A stretch of 64,000 nt of DNA. Origin: a bacterium. Its GTDB lineage: Bacteria > Zhuqueibacterota > Zhuqueibacteria > Oceanimicrobiales > Oceanimicrobiaceae. A program made the position numbers and the translations under genes. Below, in pieces: positions 53,719-62,724 of this stretch. The stretch lies in the NCBI GenBank assembly GCA_037446635.1, contig JBBIIG010000011.1, positions 30,499 through 94,498 on the forward strand. Reading direction: 5' to 3'. Positions within the stretch are counted from its first letter, which is position 1, and each line of letters begins with the position of its first letter. The notes under the pieces are model-generated. The model was not told the DNA's origin, did not search any database, and was given only the letters and a program-made list of their open reading frames with translations.

Positions 53719-54705
53719 ATGGCGTTTCACACGATTCCGTTGCGGGATATCCTTGTCGACGGGCCAGAATTTGACACATTCATCTTCACCTATCCTCTGC
53801 AGGCGGCTGCGCTTAGCGCTTCCATCCAAAAAGTAGGGCTGCTCAACCCGGTGCGGCTGCGGGAACACGAGCGCGGCTGGCAAATCGTCTGCGGCGCCCG
53901 GCGCGTCCTCGCGTTTCAGGAACTGGGGCGACAGGAAATTCCGGCGCAGACGATGAAACACGCCAGCTGCTCCGACGAGCAAGCGCTGCTCTTGAGTTTA
54001 GCCGATAACGCGCCGCGGCCGTGGAATCCAGTTGAGCAGGCGCGCGTCCTCTATAAATTTCATCATCTTTGTCACTGGGATGTTGAGCGGCTCGCCCGCG
54101 AAATGGCTCCGCAGCTCGGGCTGCCGCCGGCGCCGGAACTCGCGCAAAAATATTTGTCGCTGTTGAGTTTCGAAGACGAAATTCTTTTGGCCCTCGCCAA
54201 CGGCGCGCTTTCGCCGGCGCATGCGTTTTTGCTGATTCCGCTTTCTTCGCCTGAACGCGGGGCCATTTTTCAGGAAGTCATTCAACGCTGCTCCCCCAGC
54301 TTAAACGAATGCCGGGAAATCATCGACGCCCTGCTGGATCTGAAAGTGATTTTGAAAAAAAACATCCCGGAAATTTTACAAGCGCCGGCGTTGATTGACC
54401 TTCTGCGATCGCCGGGCAAACCGGCGCGAGAGAAAAATCGGCTGCTGCGCGAGCAATTGCGGCGCCGGCGGTATCCCCGGCTCAGTCAATTGGAAGATCA
54501 ATTCGAGGCGCAGATCAAGGCGCTGTCGTTAAGCCACCAGACGCAGATTCGGCACGCTCCCTATTTTGAAGGCAATCATTTGGAAATTCACCTGCGGGCG
54601 ACTACCAACGCCGGCCTGCGTGAAGCGCTGGCGCATTTGCAGGCCGCCGCCCGCCGCGGCGGGTTCCAGCCGCTGTTTGATCTCGTCAAAGGCGGGGGGC
54701 AATGA
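53719..54705 (+). CDS. ParB N-terminal (CTPase-like) domain protein
   Basis: SIQKVGLLNPV, IVCGARRV (GxRR), DN...NPVEQA, helical middle region, RRRRYP; start ATG 53719. Confidence 0.8.
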   Translation: MAFHTIPLRDILVDGPEFDTFIFTYPLQAAALSASIQKVGLLNPVRLREHERGWQIVCGARRVLAFQELGRQEIPAQTMKHASCSDEQALLLSLADNAPRPWNPVEQARVLYKFHHLCHWDVERLAREMAPQLGLPPAPELAQKYLSLLSFEDEILLALANGALSPAHAFLLIPLSSPERGAIFQEVIQRCSPSLNECREIIDALLDLKVILKKNIPEILQAPALIDLLRSPGKPAREKNRLLREQLRRRRYPRLSQLEDQFEAQIKALSLSHQTQIRHAPYFEGNHLEIHLRATTNAGLREALAHLQAAARRGGFQPLFDLVKGGGQ

Positions 54706-55787
54706 GGTACCGGCCCGACATCATTTTTGTGGAAGAATCCGTCCGCGGCGAGCCGATGACCCGCGACATTTTGAGCCGGCTGGTGGACGTCAAAGTGGAG
54801 TTCATCGAAAATTACCAGGCGCTGGGGTGGAAGTATTTGCATCCCAATGCCCGGTTCAAAAAAGAAAAGAAAGCGCTGGCGCTGGCGCGCAAGCACGGGG
54901 AAATGGTCAAAGAGGTGGAGCGCGATTTGTTCCGAGCGACGCCGAATGAATTTTACATCGTGCATTCGCAGGGCTGCCCGTTCGATTGCCAGTACTGCTT
55001 TTTGTACGATTACCTCGGCCACCAGATCCCAACCATTTTTGTGAATGTTGAGGACATGCTGCAGAGCGTACGCGACGTCATCGAAAGCCGGCCGGCGGAA
55101 CGGTTGCTTTTTCACACCGGCGAATTTTCCGACGCGCTGGCGTTCGATCACATCACCAATCTTTCGAGGCCGCTGGTGGAGTTGTTCGCCCGCTACCGCC
55201 ATGCCTTTGTGGAATTTCGCACCAAGTGCGGCAACGTGGAAAATCTGATCGGGTTGCAGCACAACGGCCAAACCATCATCTCGTGGACGTTCAGTCCCCA
55301 GCGGGTGGTGCAGCTATTTGAATACGGCTCCGCGAGCGCGGAGCAGCGCATCGCGGCGGCGCGCCGCTGTCAACAGGCCGGCTATAAAATTGGGCTGCGG
55401 CTCGATCCCCTCATCCGCTACCCGGGCTGGGAAAATGATTATCGCGAGTTAATCGAAAACATGGCGGCGCAACTGCAGCCGGATTTAATCAGCGATTGCC
55501 AATTGGGGGTCTTTCGCTACACCCCCGGTTTGGGCCGCATCATCCGCGAACGCTTTCCCAAAAGCTACCTGCGGCTGGAGGAATCCGTGCCCTGCAGCGA
55601 CGGCAAATACCGCTACCTCAAACATCTGCGCCTCGAGATGTATCAAAAGATCATCGGCTGGCTGCGCTTGCATTTCTCCGCAAAGCGGATCGCCTGCCTG
55701 CGCAGGCAGGGCATCCGACCGGATTTGAAAATCGAGTTGTGCATGGAATCGCCGGAGGTGGAGGATGTTCTATTGCAGCAGCAGTAA
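54702..55787 (+). CDS. Spore photoproduct lyase-like radical SAM protein
   Basis: GCPFDCQYCFL, GEFSDAL, FRTK, SWT, DGKYRY, LCMES; ATGA overlap with the ParB-like gene. Confidence 0.88.
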   Translation: MRYRPDIIFVEESVRGEPMTRDILSRLVDVKVEFIENYQALGWKYLHPNARFKKEKKALALARKHGEMVKEVERDLFRATPNEFYIVHSQGCPFDCQYCFLYDYLGHQIPTIFVNVEDMLQSVRDVIESRPAERLLFHTGEFSDALAFDHITNLSRPLVELFARYRHAFVEFRTKCGNVENLIGLQHNGQTIISWTFSPQRVVQLFEYGSASAEQRIAAARRCQQAGYKIGLRLDPLIRYPGWENDYRELIENMAAQLQPDLISDCQLGVFRYTPGLGRIIRERFPKSYLRLEESVPCSDGKYRYLKHLRLEMYQKIIGWLRLHFSAKRIACLRRQGIRPDLKIELCMESPEVEDVLLQQQ

Positions 55788-55811
55788 GGGCGTATTGCAA
55801 TACGCCCCTAC
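55784..55811. repeat. GTA(G/A)-type REP-like palindrome containing the stop codon
   Basis: GTAAGGGCGTATTGCAATACGCCCCTAC. Confidence 0.8.
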
Positions 55812-55841
55812 GTTAGAAATAATCGCCATCTAAGAGGAAAT

Positions 55842-57347
55842 ATGATGTTGAATTCAAATTTACTTTTCTCGGCGTTCCTGTTACTTACCTGTCCAGCGCT
55901 TTCATTTTCCTGCAACGGCAACCCGCAAGACCCGGTAGAAGATTTTACACCCGTGCTCGCCTTCCCAAACTTGCGGTTTGATCTGCCGGTGTTTTTAACT
56001 CACAGCGGCGATGGCAGCAATCGCATCTTCGTGGTGGAGCAGGACGGCGTGATCAAAGTGTTTCCGAATTCGGAGTCCGCCAGTCAGGCCGCGACGTTTT
56101 TAAACATCGACGGCCGCGTGACCTCCGGCGGCGAAATGGGTCTGCTGGGGCTGGCCTTTCACCCCAACTACGCCAGCAACGGCTTCTTCTACGTCAATTA
56201 CACTACCGAGCAAAACGGTCCGCGCCGCACCGTGATTTCCCGGTTCAGCGTTCAGGCCGGCGCTCCGAATGCCGCCGATCCCAACAGCGAGCTCATTCTT
56301 TTGGAATTCAATCAACCGTTTTCCAATCATAACGGCGGCATGATCCAATTCGGCCCCGATGGCTATTTGTACATCGCCACCGGCGACGGCGGCAGCGGCG
56401 GCGACCCGCAAAACAACGCGCAAAACCGCGCCAACCTGCTGGGCAAAATCCTGCGCATCGACGTGGACAACCCCAGCGGCGGCCGCAACTACGGCATCCC
56501 GCCGGACAACCCCTTCGCCGGCAACACGCAGGGCTTCCGCGAGGAAATCTTCGCCTACGGCCTGCGCAATCCGTGGCGCTTTAGCATCGACTTTTCCAGC
56601 GGGCAAATTTGGGCCGGCGACGTGGGGCAGCAAATGCGCGAGGAAATCGACTTGATCGAAAACGGCCAAAATTACGGCTGGCGGATCATGGAAGGCAACC
56701 TCTGTTTTAACCCGCCTAGCAATTGCAACCAAACCGGCCTGACTTTACCGGTGCTCGACTACGATCGCAGTTTTGGATTTTCAGTTACCGGCGGCTATAT
56801 CTATCGCGGCACCAGCAAACCCACGCTGCGCGGCGCCTACATTTACGCCGATTTCGGCTCCGGCCGTATCTGGATGCTGCGGTATGAAAACGGCGCCGTC
56901 ACTGAAAACGCCGAACTGTTCGACGCCAGTTTTAATATTTCATCGTTTGGGGTGGATGAAAACGATGAGCTTTACATTCTCGAATATTCCAGCAGTGGCG
57001 CCGTTTATCGCTTTCAGGAGAGTCCCACCGCCGTCCGCGATGAGAAGGATACCCAGCCACACCAATTCGTCCTCGAGCAAAATTATCCCAACCCCTTTCC
57101 GCAGAGCCGCGAGTTGACCACCATTCGCTATTCGCTGCAGAAGCTGGCGCGCGTGGAAGTTGCCATCTTCAACAGCCTCGGCCAGAGAATCCGCACGCTC
57201 GTTGACGACATGCAGGGGCCCGGCGGATTCCAAATTCATTGGGATGGCAAAGACGAACGCGGCGACGCGGTCGCCAGCGGCGTTTATTTGTATCGGCTTA
57301 AAATAGGCGAAAACTTTTTTACGCGAACGATGACGCTGGTGCGATAA
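55842..57347 (+). CDS. PQQ-dependent sugar dehydrogenase (GSDH) with C-terminal FlgD-Ig/secretion-type domain
   Basis: GLLGLAFHP, NHNGG, GDGG, GLRNPWR; QNYPNPF...WDG.D..G..VASGVY tail. Confidence 0.9.
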   Translation: MMLNSNLLFSAFLLLTCPALSFSCNGNPQDPVEDFTPVLAFPNLRFDLPVFLTHSGDGSNRIFVVEQDGVIKVFPNSESASQAATFLNIDGRVTSGGEMGLLGLAFHPNYASNGFFYVNYTTEQNGPRRTVISRFSVQAGAPNAADPNSELILLEFNQPFSNHNGGMIQFGPDGYLYIATGDGGSGGDPQNNAQNRANLLGKILRIDVDNPSGGRNYGIPPDNPFAGNTQGFREEIFAYGLRNPWRFSIDFSSGQIWAGDVGQQMREEIDLIENGQNYGWRIMEGNLCFNPPSNCNQTGLTLPVLDYDRSFGFSVTGGYIYRGTSKPTLRGAYIYADFGSGRIWMLRYENGAVTENAELFDASFNISSFGVDENDELYILEYSSSGAVYRFQESPTAVRDEKDTQPHQFVLEQNYPNPFPQSRELTTIRYSLQKLARVEVAIFNSLGQRIRTLVDDMQGPGGFQIHWDGKDERGDAVASGVYLYRLKIGENFFTRTMTLVR

Positions 57348-57395
57348 GGGCCGCATTTCTAAAACTAAAATCGCTAACAACAGAAAGGAAATAAA

Positions 57396-57845
57396 ATGTA
57401 CAATAATATCGAAGATGAGATTGGACAGGAAATCGAAACCTTCTGTCCAAAATGCAAAACCGAAATGGTGCATCGCATCACAGTCATCAAAGACGATAAA
57501 ATCCGCAAGGTCATGTGCAACGGCTGCCTCACCGAGCATGTTTACAAACAGCTTTACGAAGTGGAGAACGAAGAGGAGGGTGAAAAGCGCAAACCCGGGC
57601 GGCCGCGCAAAGTGGAGGCCATCAAGGGCAAGCGCGGCCCGCGCAAAAAAAACTGGTCGTTGATGGTGGGCCGAATCGACGAGGCGCAGATTGTGGATTA
57701 CGACATCAAAAAAGATTTCAGTGAAACGCCGGCCATTCGCCACAAAAAATTTGGCGTCGGCGTGATCACCAAAGTTTTAGCGGATAATAAAATCGAGGTG
57801 CTGTTCCAGGACGACACCAAAATCCTGGCGCAAAATTGGAAGTAA
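57396..57845 (+). CDS. Zn-ribbon / AT-hook / Tudor-like hypothetical protein
   Basis: CPKC..H...CNGC..EH, KRKPGRPRK, HKKFGVGVI...KIEVLF. Confidence 0.75.
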   Translation: MYNNIEDEIGQEIETFCPKCKTEMVHRITVIKDDKIRKVMCNGCLTEHVYKQLYEVENEEEGEKRKPGRPRKVEAIKGKRGPRKKNWSLMVGRIDEAQIVDYDIKKDFSETPAIRHKKFGVGVITKVLADNKIEVLFQDDTKILAQNWK

Positions 57846-57897
57846 CTCAAAGCTCCGCTTTGAGAGGCAAACCAGAGGTTTGCTTTACACTCATGGC

Positions 57898-59112
57898 TCA
57901 GGATTCTTGCCGGATAATTTCAATCACCGTAATTTCCGCGGGCGCGCGGTAGCGAATGGGCGCCAGAGTCAACCCTAAGCCGTTGTTGATGCTCACAAAC
58001 ATGCGCCCCACGTGATAGGTGCCGCGATGATACGGTGACTCAAACTGCGGCGGACTGATGGTGACGCCGAACGGCTTGAAAATAATTTGCCCGCCGTGAG
58101 TATGCCCCGCCAAAAATAAATGATAGCCGCGCTCGGCCGCCAGCTCGATTAAATTCTCCGAGGGCTGGTGGGTTACCACCACATCCAGCACCCCCCGTGG
58201 CTGCTGTCCCATCAGAAAATTCACTTTATCGACGTTGGGGCGGCGGCGATAGACGTTGGTTAAAAACGTCACCAGCAGGCTGTCGCTGCCCACCCGCACA
58301 AAACGGTTGGCGTCTTGCAAAACCTGAACGCCGTTTTGTTCGAGCTGTTGGATGATCTTCGGCACGTCCGACCAGAAATCGTGGTCGCCGAGACAGGCGT
58401 AAACGCCGTACTGCGACTGCAATTTTCCCAACGCGCGCGCTCCCAATTCGATGTAGCGGTTGCCGGAGGTCACCAGGTCGCCGGTAAAAAAAATGACGTC
58501 TGGCTTGAGCGCGTTCACTTTTTTGACGTAGCGCTGCAGCCGAAATTTGCCGGTGCGCGAATCGGCTTGCACGTCGCTGATGTGCGCGATTTTCAGCCCA
58601 TCCAGCGAATGCGGCAGATTGCGGTAGGTAAGCTTGATTTTGGAGACGCGAATGCGGGTGGTATCCACAACGATTTTCACAAACACGAAAATCGAAATCA
58701 GCACAAACAAAACCAGCATCACTTTGAATTGAATATCCAGCCAGGTGGTTTTGAATCTTTTATAAAAAGGAAAAAATGGCAGCTTGAGAACATCCATCGC
58801 CAGAAACCACGGCAGCAGCTCCGCGATGATGAGCAAGCCAATCCAGAACGGGTAGGAGAAAAGAAAATCCCAGACGCGGTTGCCTTCGCGCGCTGATCGC
58901 GCCAGACCCTCCCAGCCCAACTTGTGCACCAACATCAGCAACAGCGGATGCAGGTTCAAATAACCGACCGCCGCCAGCCAATACCATCGCAGTTGTATTT
59001 TCGGCCAATCAAAAAAATGGACGCTGGCGTGATAGAGTTTCCAGCCAACGTAAAAATAGGCGAGCAAAATCAGCGGCAAAATCGTGGCGGTGGTGCGCAC
59101 TAACCAGGGCAT
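57898..59112 (-). CDS. Membrane-anchored metallophosphoesterase
   Basis: 4 TM, HISDVQ, TGDL, GDHD, THQP, AGHTHGGQ. Confidence 0.9.
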   Translation of the reverse strand: MPWLVRTTATILPLILLAYFYVGWKLYHASVHFFDWPKIQLRWYWLAAVGYLNLHPLLLMLVHKLGWEGLARSAREGNRVWDFLFSYPFWIGLLIIAELLPWFLAMDVLKLPFFPFYKRFKTTWLDIQFKVMLVLFVLISIFVFVKIVVDTTRIRVSKIKLTYRNLPHSLDGLKIAHISDVQADSRTGKFRLQRYVKKVNALKPDVIFFTGDLVTSGNRYIELGARALGKLQSQYGVYACLGDHDFWSDVPKIIQQLEQNGVQVLQDANRFVRVGSDSLLVTFLTNVYRRRPNVDKVNFLMGQQPRGVLDVVVTHQPSENLIELAAERGYHLFLAGHTHGGQIIFKPFGVTISPPQFESPYHRGTYHVGRMFVSINNGLGLTLAPIRYRAPAEITVIEIIRQES

Positions 59113-59119
59113 GGGCGTT

Positions 59120-59620
59120 CTATCTCTGCCAGGTGAATTTGGAAATCGTGTCCGCTGCGGTTTCCCATGCTTTCAGTGGCGCGGACCACTTGCGATCCTG
59201 CGCCCGGCGCAGATAGATGATTTGAGCCGCGTGATAAAGATAGTGCTGGGCAATGTGCTTGACCGCGTAGTCGAGCGTGAACTCCTTTGGGGCCTCCGAC
59301 GCTTTTCTGATTTGCAGCAGCTCGTCGTCAGAGTTTAGTCTTTGCACGATTTGCCGGATTTGCTGATGCGCGGATTTCATCGCGGATTGAATTGCCGGCA
59401 ATTGGTTCGACTCCGCATCCGAAAACACCGGTGCGATGCCCATCTGCTGCAAATACCAGGCGTCCACGCGGATAAGATGGCGGCAGATTTCGGCGATGCA
59501 GCGCGACTCAGGCGCAGGCTTCCAGCTCAAATGCTCATCATGAATGCCCTCGAGGGCGGCTAAAATTAGATCACAGCAGAGCTGATAAATAGTGAGCGTG
59601 ATTTGAATGTTGGCGTTCAT
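59120..59620 (-). CDS. DinB family protein
   Basis: WKPAPE..CIAEICRHL, HIAQHYLYHAAQIIYLR. Confidence 0.85.
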   Translation of the reverse strand: MNANIQITLTIYQLCCDLILAALEGIHDEHLSWKPAPESRCIAEICRHLIRVDAWYLQQMGIAPVFSDAESNQLPAIQSAMKSAHQQIRQIVQRLNSDDELLQIRKASEAPKEFTLDYAVKHIAQHYLYHAAQIIYLRRAQDRKWSAPLKAWETAADTISKFTWQR

Positions 59621-60163
59621 TTATCCCCAATAATGCTCCAACTCCACTCCTAATCCATCGGCGAGACGATTCACGAAATTATAGTAGCCGGTGATCTGGT
59701 TGATGTCTAAAATCGCGGCGTCGCTGAATCCGTGCTGCCGCAGTTTCTCCACATCCTCTGCCTGCATTTTCCACGGCGTTTTGGTGAGTTTTACGGCGTA
59801 GCGCAGCATCGCTTTCTCCGCCTTGGATATCGCGGCCTTGCGAAAATCTCTTTGCAACTGTTCAATAACGTCATCATCTTTAATCAATCGGCGCAGACCC
59901 GCCGAGTGGTGCACGATTCAGTAGTGGCATTTGTTCGCAACCGAAACCGTCACCGCGATCATCTCCCGCTGCGCCCGGCTGAGGTCGGATTTGCCGTACA
60001 TCAGAGTTCGATAAAACTGGTAATGCCCTTCCAGCGAGGGATAGTTGAGGCTGTGAATTTTAAGAATGTTGTCCACTACGCCCTGCGGCGTGGTGTGAGC
60101 ATCATAAAATTCCTTAAGTTTGTCCTGGGCTTCGGTTTCGCTGAGGACTTTTATCCAGGCCAA
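59621..60163 (-). CDS. AhpD/carboxymuconolactone decarboxylase-like peroxidase-related selenoprotein (UGA=Sec at 59918-59920), 180 aa
   Basis: The two track ORFs share one frame: EMIAVTVSVANKCHY-TGA-IVHH...YAVKLT..P...NRLADGLG; Sec falls at the second Cys of CxxC; SECIS follows. Confidence 0.9.
59884..59917 (-). promoter_or_regulatory. Bacterial SECIS element
   Basis: mRNA UGA AUC GUG CAC CAC UCGGCG-GGUCUG-CGCCGA: a 6-bp stem starting 12 nt after UGA with a GGUCU apical loop. Confidence 0.8.
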
Positions 60164-60340
60164 GATTTAATTTCTCCGTTAAGCCAGCGGTGTGCAAAAA
60201 TCAGCGCCGCGTATTTTTGTTTGAACTCACGCTTGCGCTCGCTGATTTTTTGCGCCCCAACTCTTGCATTTTTAAGCAAACTTCCTAATTTCTCGTTCGC
60301 AGGATTATCTCGATCTTGTCCCGCTTTGATATGGAACCCT

Positions 60341-60368
60341 GTAGGGGCGATTCATGAATCGCCCCTAC
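60341..60368. repeat. GTAG-type REP-like palindrome
   Basis: GTAGGGGCGATTCATGAATCGCCCCTAC perfect palindrome. Confidence 0.8.
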
Positions 60369-60434
60369 GGTTTGAATGAAACAAAATAGCAATTAAATCA
60401 AATTAATCAACTGCAAATTTGGGGAGAACGTTTT

Positions 60435-62600
60435 TTGAGGGAGAATGATTTTTATTCGCTCATCGCGCGCGAGCTCCATTTACGTCCACAACAAGTTGAG
60501 CACACGATCGCGTTGCTGGACGACGGCAACACTGTGCCGTTCATCGCGCGCTATCGCAAAGAAGTCACCGGCGGATTGAACGAAGAACAGATTCGCCAAA
60601 TCGAAGACCGCATGCGCTATCTGCGCCATTTGGAGGAGCGCAAAGCCGCGGTGTTGGAGTCGATCGAAAAACAGGGCAAGCTCACGCCAGAGTTGAAAGA
60701 GAAAATTGAGAACGCCACGAAATTGCAGGAAGTGGAAGACCTGTATCTGCCCTATCGCCCCAAGAAACGCACCCGCGCCACCGTCGCCAAAGAGAAAGGA
60801 CTGGAGCCGCTGGCGCAAATCATGCTGAAGCAGGAGATCGAAGACCTGGTACTCGATCTCGTGGTCGAGCCGTTCATCCATCCCGAAAAAGACGTGCACA
60901 CCGTCGCCGATGCGCTGGCCGGCGCGCGCGATATCATCGCCGAGTGGGTGTCAGAAAACGCCGACGTCCGCAAAGAAATTCGCGCCTTCACGTTTCGAAC
61001 GGGCATGTTCACTTCAAAAGCTCGCGACGAAAAGGAATTGTCGGTGTACCAAATGTACGCCGACTATCGCGAGCCGGTGAAGTCCATTCCGCCGCACCGC
61101 ATTCTGGCGATGAACCGCGGCGAGCGCGAGGAAGTGCTGCGCGTCGCTATCGAAGTGGAGCTCGAGACAGCGCTGGAGTTGCTGCGCCGGCGATTCATCA
61201 CCAATCCCAAATCCATCTTTCTCGATCAACTCAATCTCGCGCTGGCAGACAGTTACCAGCGATTGATCGCGCCGGCCATCGAGCGCGAAATTCGCAGCGA
61301 GCTCACCGAAAAAGCCGACGAGCACGCCATCAAAGTGTTCGCGGAAAATGTGAAGAACCTGCTGCTGGCGCCGCCGGTGCGCGGCAAGATCATCATGGGC
61401 ATCGACCCCGGCTACCGCACCGGCTGCAAAGTGGCGGTGATCGATGACACCGGCAAATACCTCGAAGGCCTGACGATCTATCCCCACGAGCCAAAAAAGC
61501 GCTGGGATTATTCGAAAGTGCAGTTGAAAGAATTGATCGAAAAACACGGCGTGAATCTCATCGCCATTGGCAACGGCACCGCCTCACGGGAAACCGAACA
61601 GTTGGTGGCGGAGGTGATCGGGGAAAGCGAACGTGAATTGTTTTATGTGATCGTCAGCGAAGCCGGGGCGTCGGTTTATTCGGCGTCCGAAGTGGCAGCG
61701 GAAGAATTTCCCGATTTGCCGGCGGAGCTGCGCGGCAACATTTCCATCGCGCGGCGGCTGCTCGATCCGCTGGCGGAATTGGTGAAGATCGATCCCAAGT
61801 CCATCGGCGTGGGGCTCTATCAGCACGACGTCGATCAGAACCGGCTCGCCGAGTCGCTGGATCGCGTGGTGGAATCGGCGGTGAATTACGTGGGCGTGAA
61901 TTTAAACACGGCGTCGAAATCGCTGCTGAAGTACGTGGCAGGCATCAACAGTCGGGTGGCGGAAAACATCGTCAAGTATCGGGAGGAACACGGAAAGTTC
62001 CGCACGCGCGCGGAGCTGATGGAGGTGAAAGGTTTGGGGGAGATGGCGTTCGTGCAAGCCGCCGGCTTTCTGCGCATCCCGGACAGCGATCTGTTTTTCG
62101 ATTCCACCGCGGTGCATCCGGAATCGTACGGCGCCGCGGAGAAGCTGCTCGAACGCCTCAATTTGAAAACCGATGAAGTCAAAGGCAGCGGCCAATTGCT
62201 GCGGCAAAAAATCCAGGAGGCGAAAATCAACTATGCGCAATTGGCGCAGGAGTGCGGCGTCGGCATTCCCACGCTGGAGGACATCATCGCCAGCCTGGAA
62301 AAACCCAACCGCGACCCGCGCGATGAAATGCCCAAACCCATCTTCCGCAGCGACGTGCTGAAATTGGAAGATTTGAAAGAAGGGATGATTTTGAAGGGTA
62401 CGGTGCGCAACGTGGTGGACTTCGGCGCATTCGTCGATATCGGCGTGAAGGTAGATGGCCTCGTGCACCGCAGCCAGATGGGAAAAAAGTTCGTGAAGAA
62501 TCCACTGGAGGTGGTGGCCGTCGGCGATGTCATCGATGTAAAAGTGGTGAAAGTGGAAGCGGAGCGCGGGCGGATTGCGTTGAGTATGGTGATGAGTTGA
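60435..62600 (+). CDS. tex: Tex family RNA-binding transcriptional accessory protein
   Basis: TVPFIARYRKE, DPGYRTGCK, GNGTASRET, EAGASVYSAS, GVGLYQHD, C-terminal S1 domain. Confidence 0.96.
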   Translation: MRENDFYSLIARELHLRPQQVEHTIALLDDGNTVPFIARYRKEVTGGLNEEQIRQIEDRMRYLRHLEERKAAVLESIEKQGKLTPELKEKIENATKLQEVEDLYLPYRPKKRTRATVAKEKGLEPLAQIMLKQEIEDLVLDLVVEPFIHPEKDVHTVADALAGARDIIAEWVSENADVRKEIRAFTFRTGMFTSKARDEKELSVYQMYADYREPVKSIPPHRILAMNRGEREEVLRVAIEVELETALELLRRRFITNPKSIFLDQLNLALADSYQRLIAPAIEREIRSELTEKADEHAIKVFAENVKNLLLAPPVRGKIIMGIDPGYRTGCKVAVIDDTGKYLEGLTIYPHEPKKRWDYSKVQLKELIEKHGVNLIAIGNGTASRETEQLVAEVIGESERELFYVIVSEAGASVYSASEVAAEEFPDLPAELRGNISIARRLLDPLAELVKIDPKSIGVGLYQHDVDQNRLAESLDRVVESAVNYVGVNLNTASKSLLKYVAGINSRVAENIVKYREEHGKFRTRAELMEVKGLGEMAFVQAAGFLRIPDSDLFFDSTAVHPESYGAAEKLLERLNLKTDEVKGSGQLLRQKIQEAKINYAQLAQECGVGIPTLEDIIASLEKPNRDPRDEMPKPIFRSDVLKLEDLKEGMILKGTVRNVVDFGAFVDIGVKVDGLVHRSQMGKKFVKNPLEVVAVGDVIDVKVVKVEAERGRIALSMVMS

Positions 62601-62724
62601 CAGACACAATCCGATAAAAAACTTTTGACTTTGTAGTTTAATACGGCTATTTTTGCAAAAAAAATGGTCCTGCTCTTTCTTATTATTACTCTTTCATATT
62701 TCACCTCAATTTTAAAGGCCATTC

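Noticed and set aside
54702..55787. Bona fide splB or evidence of sporulation
   Set aside because: Appears to lack the Cys141-equivalent; diderm gene context; treated as SPL-like only
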